Shown: one piece after another, positions 20,334 to 30,467 of the stretch
Layout: each line of letters opens with the position of its first letter
How positions within the stretch are numbered: position 1 is the stretch's first letter
Assembly: GCA_050010755.1 (NCBI GenBank)
Contig: JBEKKK010000001.1
Span: forward strand, 64,001 to 128,000
DNA length: 64,000 nucleotides
Reading direction: 5' to 3'
DNA from: Candidatus Bathyarchaeia archaeon
Lineage (GTDB): Archaea; Thermoproteota; Bathyarchaeia; Bathyarchaeales; Bathycorpusculaceae
Notes under the pieces: generated by a model
What the model was told of the DNA's origin: nothing
The model's database searches: none
The model's input: only the letters and a program-made list of their open reading frames with translations
Translations under genes and position numbers: made by a program

Positions 20334-21980
20334 ATGTACAGGAGAAGAACAATGACACAAGAACGGCTCAAAGGAACATTCGCGAAGCTCAAAAGAGTGC
20401 AGATTAGACTGAACTTCAAGAAACATGAACAGCCGGCACCTGCACCGGCCACTCCGAAAGCCGTGCCCAGAGGGTTCAGAATAGCTGAGAAGTATCCGCT
20501 CTACGAACCCTTCGCACACGTGGCCATTGCACAGAACCCCAAGACTGGAGAGTTCAAGTATGTTCTGGACGAGCTTCAGCTTGATCCTCTTGAGAGAAGT
20601 GTTTACCAGAGAATCTTGGAGATACTTCTCGCCGAGATAGAATCGCCGAAAGAAGAGATTGCGGATCCGAGAAAATTTTTTGCTGATGAAGCTAAGAAAA
20701 TCGTGGATAAGTATCGGATAAGCTTGGGTTGGTTGCCGGACGTTTCGTGGTACAAGATTCTCTACCACGCTGAGAGAGATCTCGTAGGTTTCAGTTCAAT
20801 TGACCCGCTGATGCGTGACCCGAACATCGAAGACATATCGTGTGATGGAGTTCAGAGGTCGGTCTACATATGGCACAGAACCTATGAGAGCATCGAAACA
20901 AACATCCAGTTTGAAAACGACGAAGAACTCGACAACATGGTCGTCAAACTTGTTCACATGGCAGGAAAACACGTCAGCTCAGCCTTTCCAATAGTAGATG
21001 CTTCTTTGCCAGGAAAACACAGACTGGCAGTCTGCTACAGGCGCGAGATCACGCCCTTCGGCACCGCCTTCACCATCAGAAAATTCAGAGAAGATCCATA
21101 CTCGATAATAGACCTGATCAACATCGGCACCTTCTCAGAAGAAATGGCCGCTTACTTCTGGATGTGCCTTGAAAATAGATCGTCAATAATGGTTCTGGGA
21201 GGAACGGCTGCCGGCAAAACCACAGCACTAAACGCCCTGGCCTGCCTGATCAAGCCCGGAAGCAAGATAATCACCATCGAAGAAACGGCAGAACTCAACC
21301 TGCCTCATGAAAACTGGATTTCACTGATTGCAAGACAGAGCTACGGTTTAGGAGGAAACAGCATAGGCGAAGTTGCCCTCTTCGACCTAGTAAAAACTTC
21401 GATGAGACACCGCCCGGACATACTAATAGTAGGCGAGGTCCGAGGCCAAGAAGCCTACGTTCTTTTCCAAGCGCTGGCCACCGGCCACGGCGGAATGTGC
21501 ACAATGCACGCAGAAAACCTAGACTCAGCGCTCAAACGTCTAACGCAAAAACCCATGGACATCTCGCCAGCCTATCTTCCTCTAATGAACATAATACTCT
21601 CAATTCAAAGAGTTCACCTCGTGAAAAACAATGAGAGGAGAGCCTACAGACGTGTCCTCAACGTTAATGAAATCGCGGATTACCAAGATTACAGGGGAAT
21701 CTTCAAATGGGCGCCGGCCGAGGACCAACACGTACCGAGTTATGACAAGAGCGTCATGCTACCAGCGATTTCTGAACGAATAGGTTGGACCAAAAAAGAC
21801 CTGATCGATGAGATTGAGAGACGCAAGAATGTTCTGCACTGGATGATAGAACGCAAGATAAGAAGTTACAAGGACGTCGCAGCGATAATCGCAGAATACT
21901 ATGCAAGGCCGAAACAGTTTTACGAAAAAGTCCAAGCAGGGGAGGAGGTCAAGGTTATTGCCCATTCTAAAAACCCTTGA
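20334..21980 (+). CDS. Type IV pilus / T2SS assembly ATPase (archaeal PilB/FlaI family)
   Basis: DPNIEDISCDG, FTIRKF, Walker A GGTAAGKTT, TIEETAEL, RHRPD..IVGEVRG.EA, His box ATGHGGMCTMHA. Confidence 0.95.
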   Translation: MYRRRTMTQERLKGTFAKLKRVQIRLNFKKHEQPAPAPATPKAVPRGFRIAEKYPLYEPFAHVAIAQNPKTGEFKYVLDELQLDPLERSVYQRILEILLAEIESPKEEIADPRKFFADEAKKIVDKYRISLGWLPDVSWYKILYHAERDLVGFSSIDPLMRDPNIEDISCDGVQRSVYIWHRTYESIETNIQFENDEELDNMVVKLVHMAGKHVSSAFPIVDASLPGKHRLAVCYRREITPFGTAFTIRKFREDPYSIIDLINIGTFSEEMAAYFWMCLENRSSIMVLGGTAAGKTTALNALACLIKPGSKIITIEETAELNLPHENWISLIARQSYGLGGNSIGEVALFDLVKTSMRHRPDILIVGEVRGQEAYVLFQALATGHGGMCTMHAENLDSALKRLTQKPMDISPAYLPLMNIILSIQRVHLVKNNERRAYRRVLNVNEIADYQDYRGIFKWAPAEDQHVPSYDKSVMLPAISERIGWTKKDLIDEIERRKNVLHWMIERKIRSYKDVAAIIAEYYARPKQFYEKVQAGEEVKVIAHSKNP

Positions 21981-23637
21981 GGCATGGTCATTCCGTCTCT
22001 TCGGACCCATTGCACCGTCCTTTCTGAAGAACGTGTTCGAGTTCAAGGGTTACCTTGAACGGGCAAAAATCAAGATGTACCCCGAAACATACGTCTCACT
22101 AATGTTCTTTGCTGCTGTGATGATGATTCCATTGTCGATAGTTGCGGCTGTAATCGTTATTCTAACCGGTTTCCTGCCACTCATTTTCTTGATACCAACT
22201 CCGTTTTACGTGATGATCGGATTCATGGCTGTTCCCATGTCCAGATCCGGCGAAAGAGCGAGCAATCTGGAAAGAGAAATGCCCTTTGCCACAGCCTACA
22301 TCAGCGTCATGGCTGCAGGCGGCATAGCGCCGTACACCAGTTTTAAGAGACTCGCACAAGTCGAACTGATGCCAGCGATGAAGACCGAAGCAAGGGAAAT
22401 CATAAAAGATGTGGAGATATTTGGAATAGACCCTTTGACGGCGATTCAGAACGCGGCGAAGAAAAACCCGTTAGACATTTTCAAAGACTTTCTCTCAGGA
22501 TACTCATCGACCGTAATCATCGGCGGAGACATCGGACACTTCTTGGAAAGGAAGGCAGAAGACATTTTCAAGGCGAGAGCATTACGCGTCAAAGCCGCAG
22601 CTGAGCGGCTTGGAATGCTCCTGGAGACGTTCATTATAGTCAACGTCATGATGTCCCTCTGCTTTTACATAATGTTCAGCGTACAAAACATTGGCGTCGG
22701 AGGAGCATCTGGCGGCGGCAATGTATCAACCATCATTCTCTACACGTTCGTCCTGAGTCCAATGCTGTCAATAATGTTCGTCTATTTGGCGCACAGTATG
22801 CAACCCAAGACGCCGGTTGTTGAAATGCGCCCCTACAAGGTTTTCGGAGTCTGTTCCGTAGCAGGATTGGCGTTGTTCCTCTTCCTCTTTCTAGGTGGCA
22901 GTTTTGGCATACTGAGTCAGATGCCGGTGGCACTCGCGCTGGCATTGTTCGTTTCAACTGCGCCTGCAGCCGTGGTTCACGGTAAACTTTCAGGCAAGAA
23001 GACAAGCATTGAACAGGGCGTGAACAGTTTTCTGAGAGACATGACGGAAGTCAGAAAGACTGGACTTTCACCCGAGAAGTGCATTGAAAGTCTTTCGCAT
23101 CGTGAATACGGCGTGTTCAGCAAGGAGCTCCGAAAAATCAGCTCAGAAATTTCTTGGGGAATCCCACTGAAGAAGGTGATGATGGACTTCATAGATAGGA
23201 CGAGAAGTTGGATGACGCAGATCGTCATGTTCTTGCTCGTTGAGACAGTGGATGTCGGCGGTGGAACTATTGAAATGATAGAGTCGCTTGCAAGATTCAA
23301 CAACCTGACCCAAGAGGTTGAAAAAGAAAAGAAATCTTCAACCCGACCCTACATCATGATGCCCTACTTTGCGGCACTTCTTCTCGTCGTCACCACTTCC
23401 ATGATGCTGGGTTTCACAACGGGCACCATAGGGGTTGCCGGCTCGGCCCCCCCAGCCAACCTGGGCTGGATCAGACAGGTTTTCATGACATCAGCCATTT
23501 TCTACAGCTACATGGTGGGCATAGTGGCCGGAAAAATTAGCGAGGAATCCATAGCGGCAGGGTTCAAGCACGCGGCGATTCTGGTCATAATCTCAGTCAT
23601 AGCAGCAGAAATATTGCCCTTGTTCATTAAGCTCTGA
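21958..23637 (+). CDS. Type IV pilus membrane platform protein (TadC/PilC/FlaJ family, two T2SSF domains)
   Basis: EREMPFA..Y..VMAAGG, FLRDMTEVRKTGLSP, ISWG.P, GGG..E; TTG start at 21958 after SD GGAGGAGG, overlapping the ATPase stop. Confidence 0.92.
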   Translation: MPILKTLEAWSFRLFGPIAPSFLKNVFEFKGYLERAKIKMYPETYVSLMFFAAVMMIPLSIVAAVIVILTGFLPLIFLIPTPFYVMIGFMAVPMSRSGERASNLEREMPFATAYISVMAAGGIAPYTSFKRLAQVELMPAMKTEAREIIKDVEIFGIDPLTAIQNAAKKNPLDIFKDFLSGYSSTVIIGGDIGHFLERKAEDIFKARALRVKAAAERLGMLLETFIIVNVMMSLCFYIMFSVQNIGVGGASGGGNVSTIILYTFVLSPMLSIMFVYLAHSMQPKTPVVEMRPYKVFGVCSVAGLALFLFLFLGGSFGILSQMPVALALALFVSTAPAAVVHGKLSGKKTSIEQGVNSFLRDMTEVRKTGLSPEKCIESLSHREYGVFSKELRKISSEISWGIPLKKVMMDFIDRTRSWMTQIVMFLLVETVDVGGGTIEMIESLARFNNLTQEVEKEKKSSTRPYIMMPYFAALLLVVTTSMMLGFTTGTIGVAGSAPPANLGWIRQVFMTSAIFYSYMVGIVAGKISEESIAAGFKHAAILVIISVIAAEILPLFIKL

Positions 23638-23644
23638 GCATGGA

Positions 23645-24487
23645 ATGGAGAGAGTGGAAATGGCTGCAAGAAAATATCTTCGACGCTTTCGAAGGAACAA
23701 ACGAGGCATCAGCCCGGCCATCTCCTCGGTCATATTGACAAGCGCCATCATCGTGATGCTTCTAGTGGTCATTGCTTTCGTAAACAGCTATTTGAACGGG
23801 CAAATTGCTCAAAACGAGTTCAACTCGATGAAGCAGTTCATGCAGACTCTTGGTCTGCAAGTGGATGACGTGGCGTGGATTCCCGGGCGCACTCAAACCT
23901 TAACCTACGCTAGCAGATACGGAGCAATTACGTTTCGATCTCCGGCCTTAACCTACAGTTTCTACTTTGACGGATTGCTCGTGGCCAGCTTCAGCGTTGG
24001 CGTAATTATGTACAACATACCCGTGAGCTCTTATTCGATTGCGAACAATTACTTTGAAGAACTATTTCCATCTTCAAACAGTTTCTTGCAGAACGGCACT
24101 GCTGCGCCCGTGGGCAGAGTGTTTGTCACGGAAGAAATGCCTATGCAGGACGGAAGCTATATCAGGGTAGTGGTCGCGCCTATCGTCCGCCAGCTCAACG
24201 CAGTGATAAACGGCATCAACTATGCGAACTTCTATCTGCCGATTCTCATTCCAGGTCCATCGCCAGAACTGTCGCAGTCAGTTACCATGACAGGATTAAA
24301 CGTCAAACAGGAGATATTCAACAACGTCAACAACGTCACGATCAACGTGGCTGTTCAGACCGCGGGAATAGGTTTGTCAAATAGCTTTTTCAACTTCGGG
24401 GCTACGAGCCAAACTGTCATCCTTGGTCAAAATTCGGTTGTTCAGATTTTCGGGGGGAATGTGACTGTTTCGCTAGGTTCCACCTAG
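23645..24487 (+). CDS. Minor pilin-like protein with class III signal peptide
   Basis: RRFRRNKRG/ISPAISSVILTSAIIVMLLVV; start may be ATG 23660. Confidence 0.85.
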   Translation: MERVEMAARKYLRRFRRNKRGISPAISSVILTSAIIVMLLVVIAFVNSYLNGQIAQNEFNSMKQFMQTLGLQVDDVAWIPGRTQTLTYASRYGAITFRSPALTYSFYFDGLLVASFSVGVIMYNIPVSSYSIANNYFEELFPSSNSFLQNGTAAPVGRVFVTEEMPMQDGSYIRVVVAPIVRQLNAVINGINYANFYLPILIPGPSPELSQSVTMTGLNVKQEIFNNVNNVTINVAVQTAGIGLSNSFFNFGATSQTVILGQNSVVQIFGGNVTVSLGST

Positions 24488-24509
24488 AAGAGTTAAAGGA
24501 GGCCCATTT

Positions 24510-24992
24510 ATCCCACACGTAACCATCGAACACGTTATCATGATTCCGATTCTCATCGCACAAATATTCCTGTTCCCCATCGTTGCTAGCTATTTGATGA
24601 ATGTTTGGGTTGATTCGCGAAGGACACTTGTACTTCAAGACGCAGCCAGCAACATCGGAAGCACAATACAGCAGATGTACTTCGCACTTAATCATCCCAC
24701 AATACCAGCCGGGACAACCTCCGACCAGTTTGGGCTTCCCCTGTACGTAGACGGGTACTTCTACACGGCAAACGCGACACTTCAACCTTCAAGCTTAGCG
24801 ACAGGTTCTAGCCAGGTACTCGAGATAACAGTCAGATTGGTTACCACCACCAATGAGGTTACATCATCAGTACTGTTAGGTTCAAATGTTCATTGGAATA
24901 GCGCCACGACGTTTGAAAGCAACTCCACGACCGCGGACGCTTACGCCCAGAAGTTTCAAAACGGGACAATATTGTTAGGGTTCGGAGGTTAA
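24510..24992 (+). CDS. Minor pilin-like protein; probable ATC start at 24510 (first ATG 24540)
   Basis: In-frame IPHVTIEHVI precedes the track start; SD AAGGAGG ends 7 nt before the ATC; hydrophobic N-terminal helix. Confidence 0.7.
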   Translation: MPHVTIEHVIMIPILIAQIFLFPIVASYLMNVWVDSRRTLVLQDAASNIGSTIQQMYFALNHPTIPAGTTSDQFGLPLYVDGYFYTANATLQPSSLATGSSQVLEITVRLVTTTNEVTSSVLLGSNVHWNSATTFESNSTTADAYAQKFQNGTILLGFGG

Positions 24993-25009
24993 GCAGGGGC
25001 GGTGTATAA

Positions 25010-26188
25010 GTGGCAGGAGCGACAATAGATCATCTGGTTGCCTTCGTCATTTTCTTAGCGGCCTTACTGCTTTTCATAGGATTCTACAATCAAATGAACC
25101 AAACAGCAATAGTGTATCAATACCACACATCCATAGCGACTAAGTGCAGTGATGTCCTCGACAGCATGCTGTTAAACCCAGGCTCTCCATCCGATTGGGG
25201 GCTCTCAGACAGTAGCACTCAGAGCCTCACGTTCTTTGGTGTGCAAGACCCAGAATTTCAAGAGTATAGGCTGAGCCCGTTTTCCGTTATGAGACTGCTT
25301 TCTCCATCAGCTCAACAATACAATAACGTGTCATGGAACGTGAATGGGGGATATTTGCTCGTTCAATCAAGCGAGTGTATCGGTTATCACAGCGTGACCA
25401 GCATGTTGGGGATAAACGGAACCTATGATTTTCAACTGTCAATCACACCAACCATCACAGTGAGCATATCCCAAGTACCCAGCACTTATTTGGAACTCGA
25501 GATCCAGGCGTACGGAACCGGGTTCCCACTCAGTAACGCTACCGTAAACTATCTTATGTTTTGGGCGACCCCGGGCACGTCAGGTAGTTATCCCGTGCTA
25601 AACTATAATTTCACATCTAATCTTCTTCAAACAGATTCTTCGGGAATGGCATTGATTCCGTTTCCATCCCTAAGCAGTGGAACCGCATTCTGCTTCATAG
25701 CAGAGGTCTACACGGGAGGAATTTACGGAACAGGTTATTTGGCACAAGACACCGTGACGACCGCGGGAAATTTGATTCCCTATATTGAGAGCTACGATGG
25801 GGGAACAGCAAAGATAATGCTCGCCCAGATTGGCATGGGCAACCTGTATTTCAACGCCTCTTTCTATGCTCTACCGAACAATTTCTTGCCGGCCCAAGCC
25901 GGAAACTTTGTCGGCACTGTGAACAGCGGCACGCCTAATGAGAACTTGACTATAACGACGAGTAATCAAACCGGCTTCCTGGTTGTCGCCTATGGAGATG
26001 GAAGCAACTGCGGCATGGTGATAACGCCCCTTGGAGTTTCATCGCTGGGAACGCCGGTGACTTTCGGTGCAAGCGTTTCTGGAAAGAATTGGGTCGCCAC
26101 GGATTTGCGCCAAGTTCTCATCGGAGACATCGCGTATCAGGCAAAATTGTCCTTGTGGAGTCTACAAGGTACTGGAGTGACAGGCTAA
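25010..26188 (+). CDS. Minor pilin-like protein
   Basis: MAGATIDHLVAFVIFLAALLLF N-terminal helix; PGSPSDW motif typical of archaeal pilus-associated proteins; operon position. Confidence 0.75.
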   Translation: MAGATIDHLVAFVIFLAALLLFIGFYNQMNQTAIVYQYHTSIATKCSDVLDSMLLNPGSPSDWGLSDSSTQSLTFFGVQDPEFQEYRLSPFSVMRLLSPSAQQYNNVSWNVNGGYLLVQSSECIGYHSVTSMLGINGTYDFQLSITPTITVSISQVPSTYLELEIQAYGTGFPLSNATVNYLMFWATPGTSGSYPVLNYNFTSNLLQTDSSGMALIPFPSLSSGTAFCFIAEVYTGGIYGTGYLAQDTVTTAGNLIPYIESYDGGTAKIMLAQIGMGNLYFNASFYALPNNFLPAQAGNFVGTVNSGTPNENLTITTSNQTGFLVVAYGDGSNCGMVITPLGVSSLGTPVTFGASVSGKNWVATDLRQVLIGDIAYQAKLSLWSLQGTGVTG

Positions 26189-26189
26189 G

Positions 26190-27485
26190 ATGATGCGCAC
26201 AGTTGAAGTGTTGATCGTAGTCATGATAATGACAGGAGCCTTCCTGACAGCCTCGTTCTTTGCTGTTTTACCCTCGCCTCGGCAGGTTTCGCCTCTGAAC
26301 CTGAGCAGACTTTCCTTGACGACGTTGGAGACTCTCGATGCAGCGGGTGGTCTTAGCACCGTTGCCTTCGACCCGACAAACAATACAGCTTGGAATCAGC
26401 TTCAGGTTGCACTCTCAGCCTGTCTGCCATCGAACATAGTCTACAATCTAACCGCTTACGAAGTTTCAGGCGTAAGTGGACAACAACTCTATTCGGCGAG
26501 CAGATCAATTTCCAACGCTCAAAGCTTAGGCGTCGGCTCTAACGCCGCATCATACATGGTTGCCTCCTCTAACGTGACCTTCAGTGTCACACCTCAGAAG
26601 ATTGCAGCAACGCTCTACATATTGAACTGCAGTGACTCGAACGGCTGGTGGATTACAGGATACACTGTTCAAAGCATCGCACAACAATTTCTGGAGATGT
26701 TTAGTTCGTACTTTAACCCGTCCTCCATTGTGATGGTGCAGAACACTACACAGCTTGGACAGCTAATGAGCGGACAACCTCTCGAAAATGAGACTCTTCA
26801 AAATGCCATAGTCATCAACACGTGCGGAGAAGCTGTGCCCATTCCCCAAGCCTATGCAATCAATTATTCAAGCGAATACGATGAGTACTGCTACCAACTA
26901 GGCAAGTGCGTCAACAAGTACAATTGGACTTGGGTGAGCATAGTCGGCTACCCATTCTATTACGTGACAAACACTGTGCAACTCGCAGCAATCCAGAACA
27001 CATGGGGCATATACGGCATGTACATGGACGGTGCTGCGGGACTCAACGCTTTTCTCGAGGGCACAGACAACCAACCATACAATTACAATGACAATTGGCT
27101 GACTAATGATGTCGGCGTCGTAAGCCTTACGGCGACAGCTCTAGGCAACTGCAGCTATTATGGGGTATTCCCTTCCCCCACCCAGACAGCCACTAGAGCC
27201 TTGCCAGATTCAATCACCACTCAATACAACCTTACCGTCGCAAATACTGTTTTGAACCCAACAGGCGGCAACCTGCCCGGATCAGTGTTAAACCACATTT
27301 TCAAAGGAGCCACAAACGTTACAGGATCTCTTTTCGCGCTGGGCGTAACACGAGTCCCAGATACGAGACTCGCAGCCTTGGGAATCTTATCAGACTACAA
27401 CCCCGTGCTCTACAAGTCACAGTACACGGCGGCAGGCACTTCTGAACTCGTCGTTCTACAACTCGGACTAGCAGGAGGATCTTGA
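26190..27485 (+). CDS. Minor pilin-like protein
   Basis: MMRTVEVLIVVMIM N-terminal helix; tightly packed against both neighbours. Confidence 0.75.
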   Translation: MMRTVEVLIVVMIMTGAFLTASFFAVLPSPRQVSPLNLSRLSLTTLETLDAAGGLSTVAFDPTNNTAWNQLQVALSACLPSNIVYNLTAYEVSGVSGQQLYSASRSISNAQSLGVGSNAASYMVASSNVTFSVTPQKIAATLYILNCSDSNGWWITGYTVQSIAQQFLEMFSSYFNPSSIVMVQNTTQLGQLMSGQPLENETLQNAIVINTCGEAVPIPQAYAINYSSEYDEYCYQLGKCVNKYNWTWVSIVGYPFYYVTNTVQLAAIQNTWGIYGMYMDGAAGLNAFLEGTDNQPYNYNDNWLTNDVGVVSLTATALGNCSYYGVFPSPTQTATRALPDSITTQYNLTVANTVLNPTGGNLPGSVLNHIFKGATNVTGSLFALGVTRVPDTRLAALGILSDYNPVLYKSQYTAAGTSELVVLQLGLAGGS

Positions 27486-30284
27486 TTGAATAAAAAAGGT
27501 CAATTTTCAATTATAGCTGCTTTACTGGTAACGGTGATTCTCGTATCAACCGTCATGATAACGTACACAATGATACTTAACAATTCGATACAGGTTCAAC
27601 CTCAAGTCTTAACCGCCATCGATGAAACCAACTTTGCCCTCAAAGAATTGCTGGGTTTCAGCGTGGGCTATTACGGTTCAGTCATCCGAGTCACCGGAGA
27701 CAGTTCATTTGCCAATCAGAGTACGCTGAACTACACTACTAGCGGACTGGAATACATTGCAAACACTCACCCAGACTGGGGAGCAGGGTTCAGCCTTACA
27801 AACCTCACCATCCAAACATACTGGTTCAATAACGTCAGTTACAGCACAGGATATCTCGACGTGACTTATAATCTGACAAAACTTGGAATTGATGAAGTGC
27901 AGTACGCGCCCTCATGCGGACTGACGGTGCAGATCGCAAACACAACACTAACCAATCAAACGAGCCTAGTCGTGACCGAAGATCAAAATGAACCCGTGAC
28001 AGATCTCGGAGAACAAAACTTCCAATTTTTCCAGTACGAAACCTCAAACTCGACCTGGGCATTAGTCTCTCCAAGCACGAGCCCAACAACCTACACAAAC
28101 GGCACATACCAGATTCAACCGCCAACGGGGATAGACGCCAACTCATACGTCGTTCAAGTAACGGATCAGAGAGGCATAATCGTAGTGGCCTCACCGTATT
28201 CCTCGTATAACATAAACATGACTTGGCCCACCCTCTCAACAACCGTATCATCAGCGAATTACTATGTGAACAACAACGCCTCACACGTAGATCCCAACGA
28301 TTTGAACTGGGGATTTGAGTCGAACTTCACAGCTCAGCAATATGGTCCAGACAAAATAAACGACACTCTGACCGAAGCCAATTCAGTCAGCCCTATTCCA
28401 GAGGCCTACGTCTACTGCAACAATTACGCGTCATCATGGACAAACCCGACCAACGCGTATGACAACAACACGTCCACGCGCGCTCAGAGCAATAGTGCAT
28501 CGTCTGGAGCGAATACCACGACTCTTGTACTGAATTTAACCGGCGTGGTTATCGGAACTAAAATTCAGTTTTGGGTTGGGCAGGGCGGTAGTGGCAGTGA
28601 TTATACGACAATGTACATCGACGTAGCCAATCAAACAGGAAGCTGGTTAAACGTGTTTCATGCACCTCCAACAGAGGGAAGTTATCAGAATGCAACTTTT
28701 CCAAGTGTTTCCTACACGGCGATGAGGTTTTACAGGTATCGAAACAGCGGAAACGGCAATACACAATTTTACGTTTACGAAGCTCAGGCTGTAAACGCTA
28801 CATGGACTCCCCCTGCCAATTATCGCCTTGACTTAGAAGAGCAATGGACCAACGTCAATTACGGAGCAAGTAACGAGAGTTTGGACATTTTCACGGGACC
28901 GTTTTCCGGTCCAGCAGAAACTCTGTCTGTCCAATGCTGGAATACCGCTAGCAGCTCCTGGTCAACGGTCATCTCGAGTTTGAATGCCAATAGTTGGAAT
29001 AATGTCTCAGTCACCACATACCTCACAGGTTCTACATTTACGATTAGATTCTTGGACGGAACTCAGACGGGAGATTCGGTGCAAAACAGTTGGCAGATAG
29101 ATGCAGCTCTCCTCTTCCTTAATGGTACAGTTCAGCTTGTTCCGTCGTCCAATCCTATTACGATTGAGCTACTGCAAAATGGCACTATGCGGTGGCTTGG
29201 ACAAAGTCTGCAGATGACAACTCAGGCCATGCCCATCCCGCCGCTCCCCGTCAAATCGATACATGTGAACCAGACTATAAACGGGGTCGCGTCTGAAGTA
29301 CCGTTCCAAATAGAAGACTGGGCTTCGAATTATCTGATACCGTTGGGCCTTACCAGTAACTTAAGCGTCTTCAACGATGGAAACATGATTGTTTTTCTCG
29401 CGAACAGTAACGTTTCAAGAGTCACTGTATGGTGGAACGGAAGCGACACCGCTACTCAAACGCCCTATGCCTTCGTGGACAGATACTTTACCGGAGACAA
29501 TCCTGGCGCAGGAACGCTGACAAACGGCATGCTAACTCTTCAGTTTAATGGAAACTTTCAGTTAACCTCTTCTAACGGGACCGAATCGTGTACTGCCATT
29601 TTCATGCGAATAAACAATCAATGGAGCACCTATGGGGCTAGCCCGGCATACATAATCACGTTTGGAGTTGTAAGAGATATAGTTCAGCAAGAAGCCGAAT
29701 GGAGTAACGGCGTCCCGAACTCTCCAAACCTCTATTCTCACATAGTCATAACTTTGCCGGCGAACGCCACCTATTACACCTATGAACTGAGGGTTTTGTT
29801 CGTGCAATCACCACAGAGCAGAAACATCACAGATCTGTGCCCAATCGAACTGCAAACCTCAACCACCCTAACCCAAACCGAAAACGGAACGGCAAACGGG
29901 TTCCCAATAGTCTCAACGGCAACGGGCACGTTCTTCAACCAATCGACAGCCTCAGCGCATCATTGGAGCCAACTCAGTTCAGGAACAAATGGAGCAGGAA
30001 TAATGTTCACAGACACAGGAAACAATGAACTCTACTGCTTTGACAGTATGGCCGGAACGCAGACTGGAGGTCTCAGAGTAAACTCGGCGGCAGGAACGAT
30101 TGAACTGCTTCCAGTAGAGATGGCCCCAGTAGGCTTCACCTACGCACTGAACACAATTTGGTGCGGGGCAGTATCCACATTCAGCAACACTACGCCAATC
30201 TATCAAATAGCAAGCGGCCAAGTCAGCGGCTCTTGGACCAGCGTCGAATACCAACCAACTGCAACAGTATACACAGGAGATTAA
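27486..30284 (+). CDS. Large pilin-like adhesin with class III signal peptide
   Basis: MNKKG/QFSIIAALLVTVILV; 932 aa, beta-rich, with an internal galactose-binding-like segment. Confidence 0.82.
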   Translation: MNKKGQFSIIAALLVTVILVSTVMITYTMILNNSIQVQPQVLTAIDETNFALKELLGFSVGYYGSVIRVTGDSSFANQSTLNYTTSGLEYIANTHPDWGAGFSLTNLTIQTYWFNNVSYSTGYLDVTYNLTKLGIDEVQYAPSCGLTVQIANTTLTNQTSLVVTEDQNEPVTDLGEQNFQFFQYETSNSTWALVSPSTSPTTYTNGTYQIQPPTGIDANSYVVQVTDQRGIIVVASPYSSYNINMTWPTLSTTVSSANYYVNNNASHVDPNDLNWGFESNFTAQQYGPDKINDTLTEANSVSPIPEAYVYCNNYASSWTNPTNAYDNNTSTRAQSNSASSGANTTTLVLNLTGVVIGTKIQFWVGQGGSGSDYTTMYIDVANQTGSWLNVFHAPPTEGSYQNATFPSVSYTAMRFYRYRNSGNGNTQFYVYEAQAVNATWTPPANYRLDLEEQWTNVNYGASNESLDIFTGPFSGPAETLSVQCWNTASSSWSTVISSLNANSWNNVSVTTYLTGSTFTIRFLDGTQTGDSVQNSWQIDAALLFLNGTVQLVPSSNPITIELLQNGTMRWLGQSLQMTTQAMPIPPLPVKSIHVNQTINGVASEVPFQIEDWASNYLIPLGLTSNLSVFNDGNMIVFLANSNVSRVTVWWNGSDTATQTPYAFVDRYFTGDNPGAGTLTNGMLTLQFNGNFQLTSSNGTESCTAIFMRINNQWSTYGASPAYIITFGVVRDIVQQEAEWSNGVPNSPNLYSHIVITLPANATYYTYELRVLFVQSPQSRNITDLCPIELQTSTTLTQTENGTANGFPIVSTATGTFFNQSTASAHHWSQLSSGTNGAGIMFTDTGNNELYCFDSMAGTQTGGLRVNSAAGTIELLPVEMAPVGFTYALNTIWCGAVSTFSNTTPIYQIASGQVSGSWTSVEYQPTATVYTGD

Positions 30285-30429
30285 GGGATTCTGTCAGAGT
30301 GTGACCTGCATCGTGAACTGTAATAGGAGTAATGATATGATAGAGGCTTTGGAAAGTTTGCCATTGTCTAACTAGTCCCCGTCGAGCAGTGTATATTGAT
30401 CAGAAATGCAGATTGAGGGTTCATACGTG

Positions 30430-30436
30430 TTAAATA
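30430..30436 (+). promoter_or_regulatory. TATA box of the major pilin gene
   Basis: TTAAATA ending about 31 nt upstream of GTG 30468, in a 183-bp intergenic gap. Confidence 0.45.
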
Positions 30437-30467
30437 ACGAAATTGAGTCTTCCTTAAACAACAGAAG

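Noticed and set aside
20019-20768. 249-aa minus-strand ORF
   Set aside because: Antisense shadow of the adhesin and ATPase genes; no recognisable motifs.
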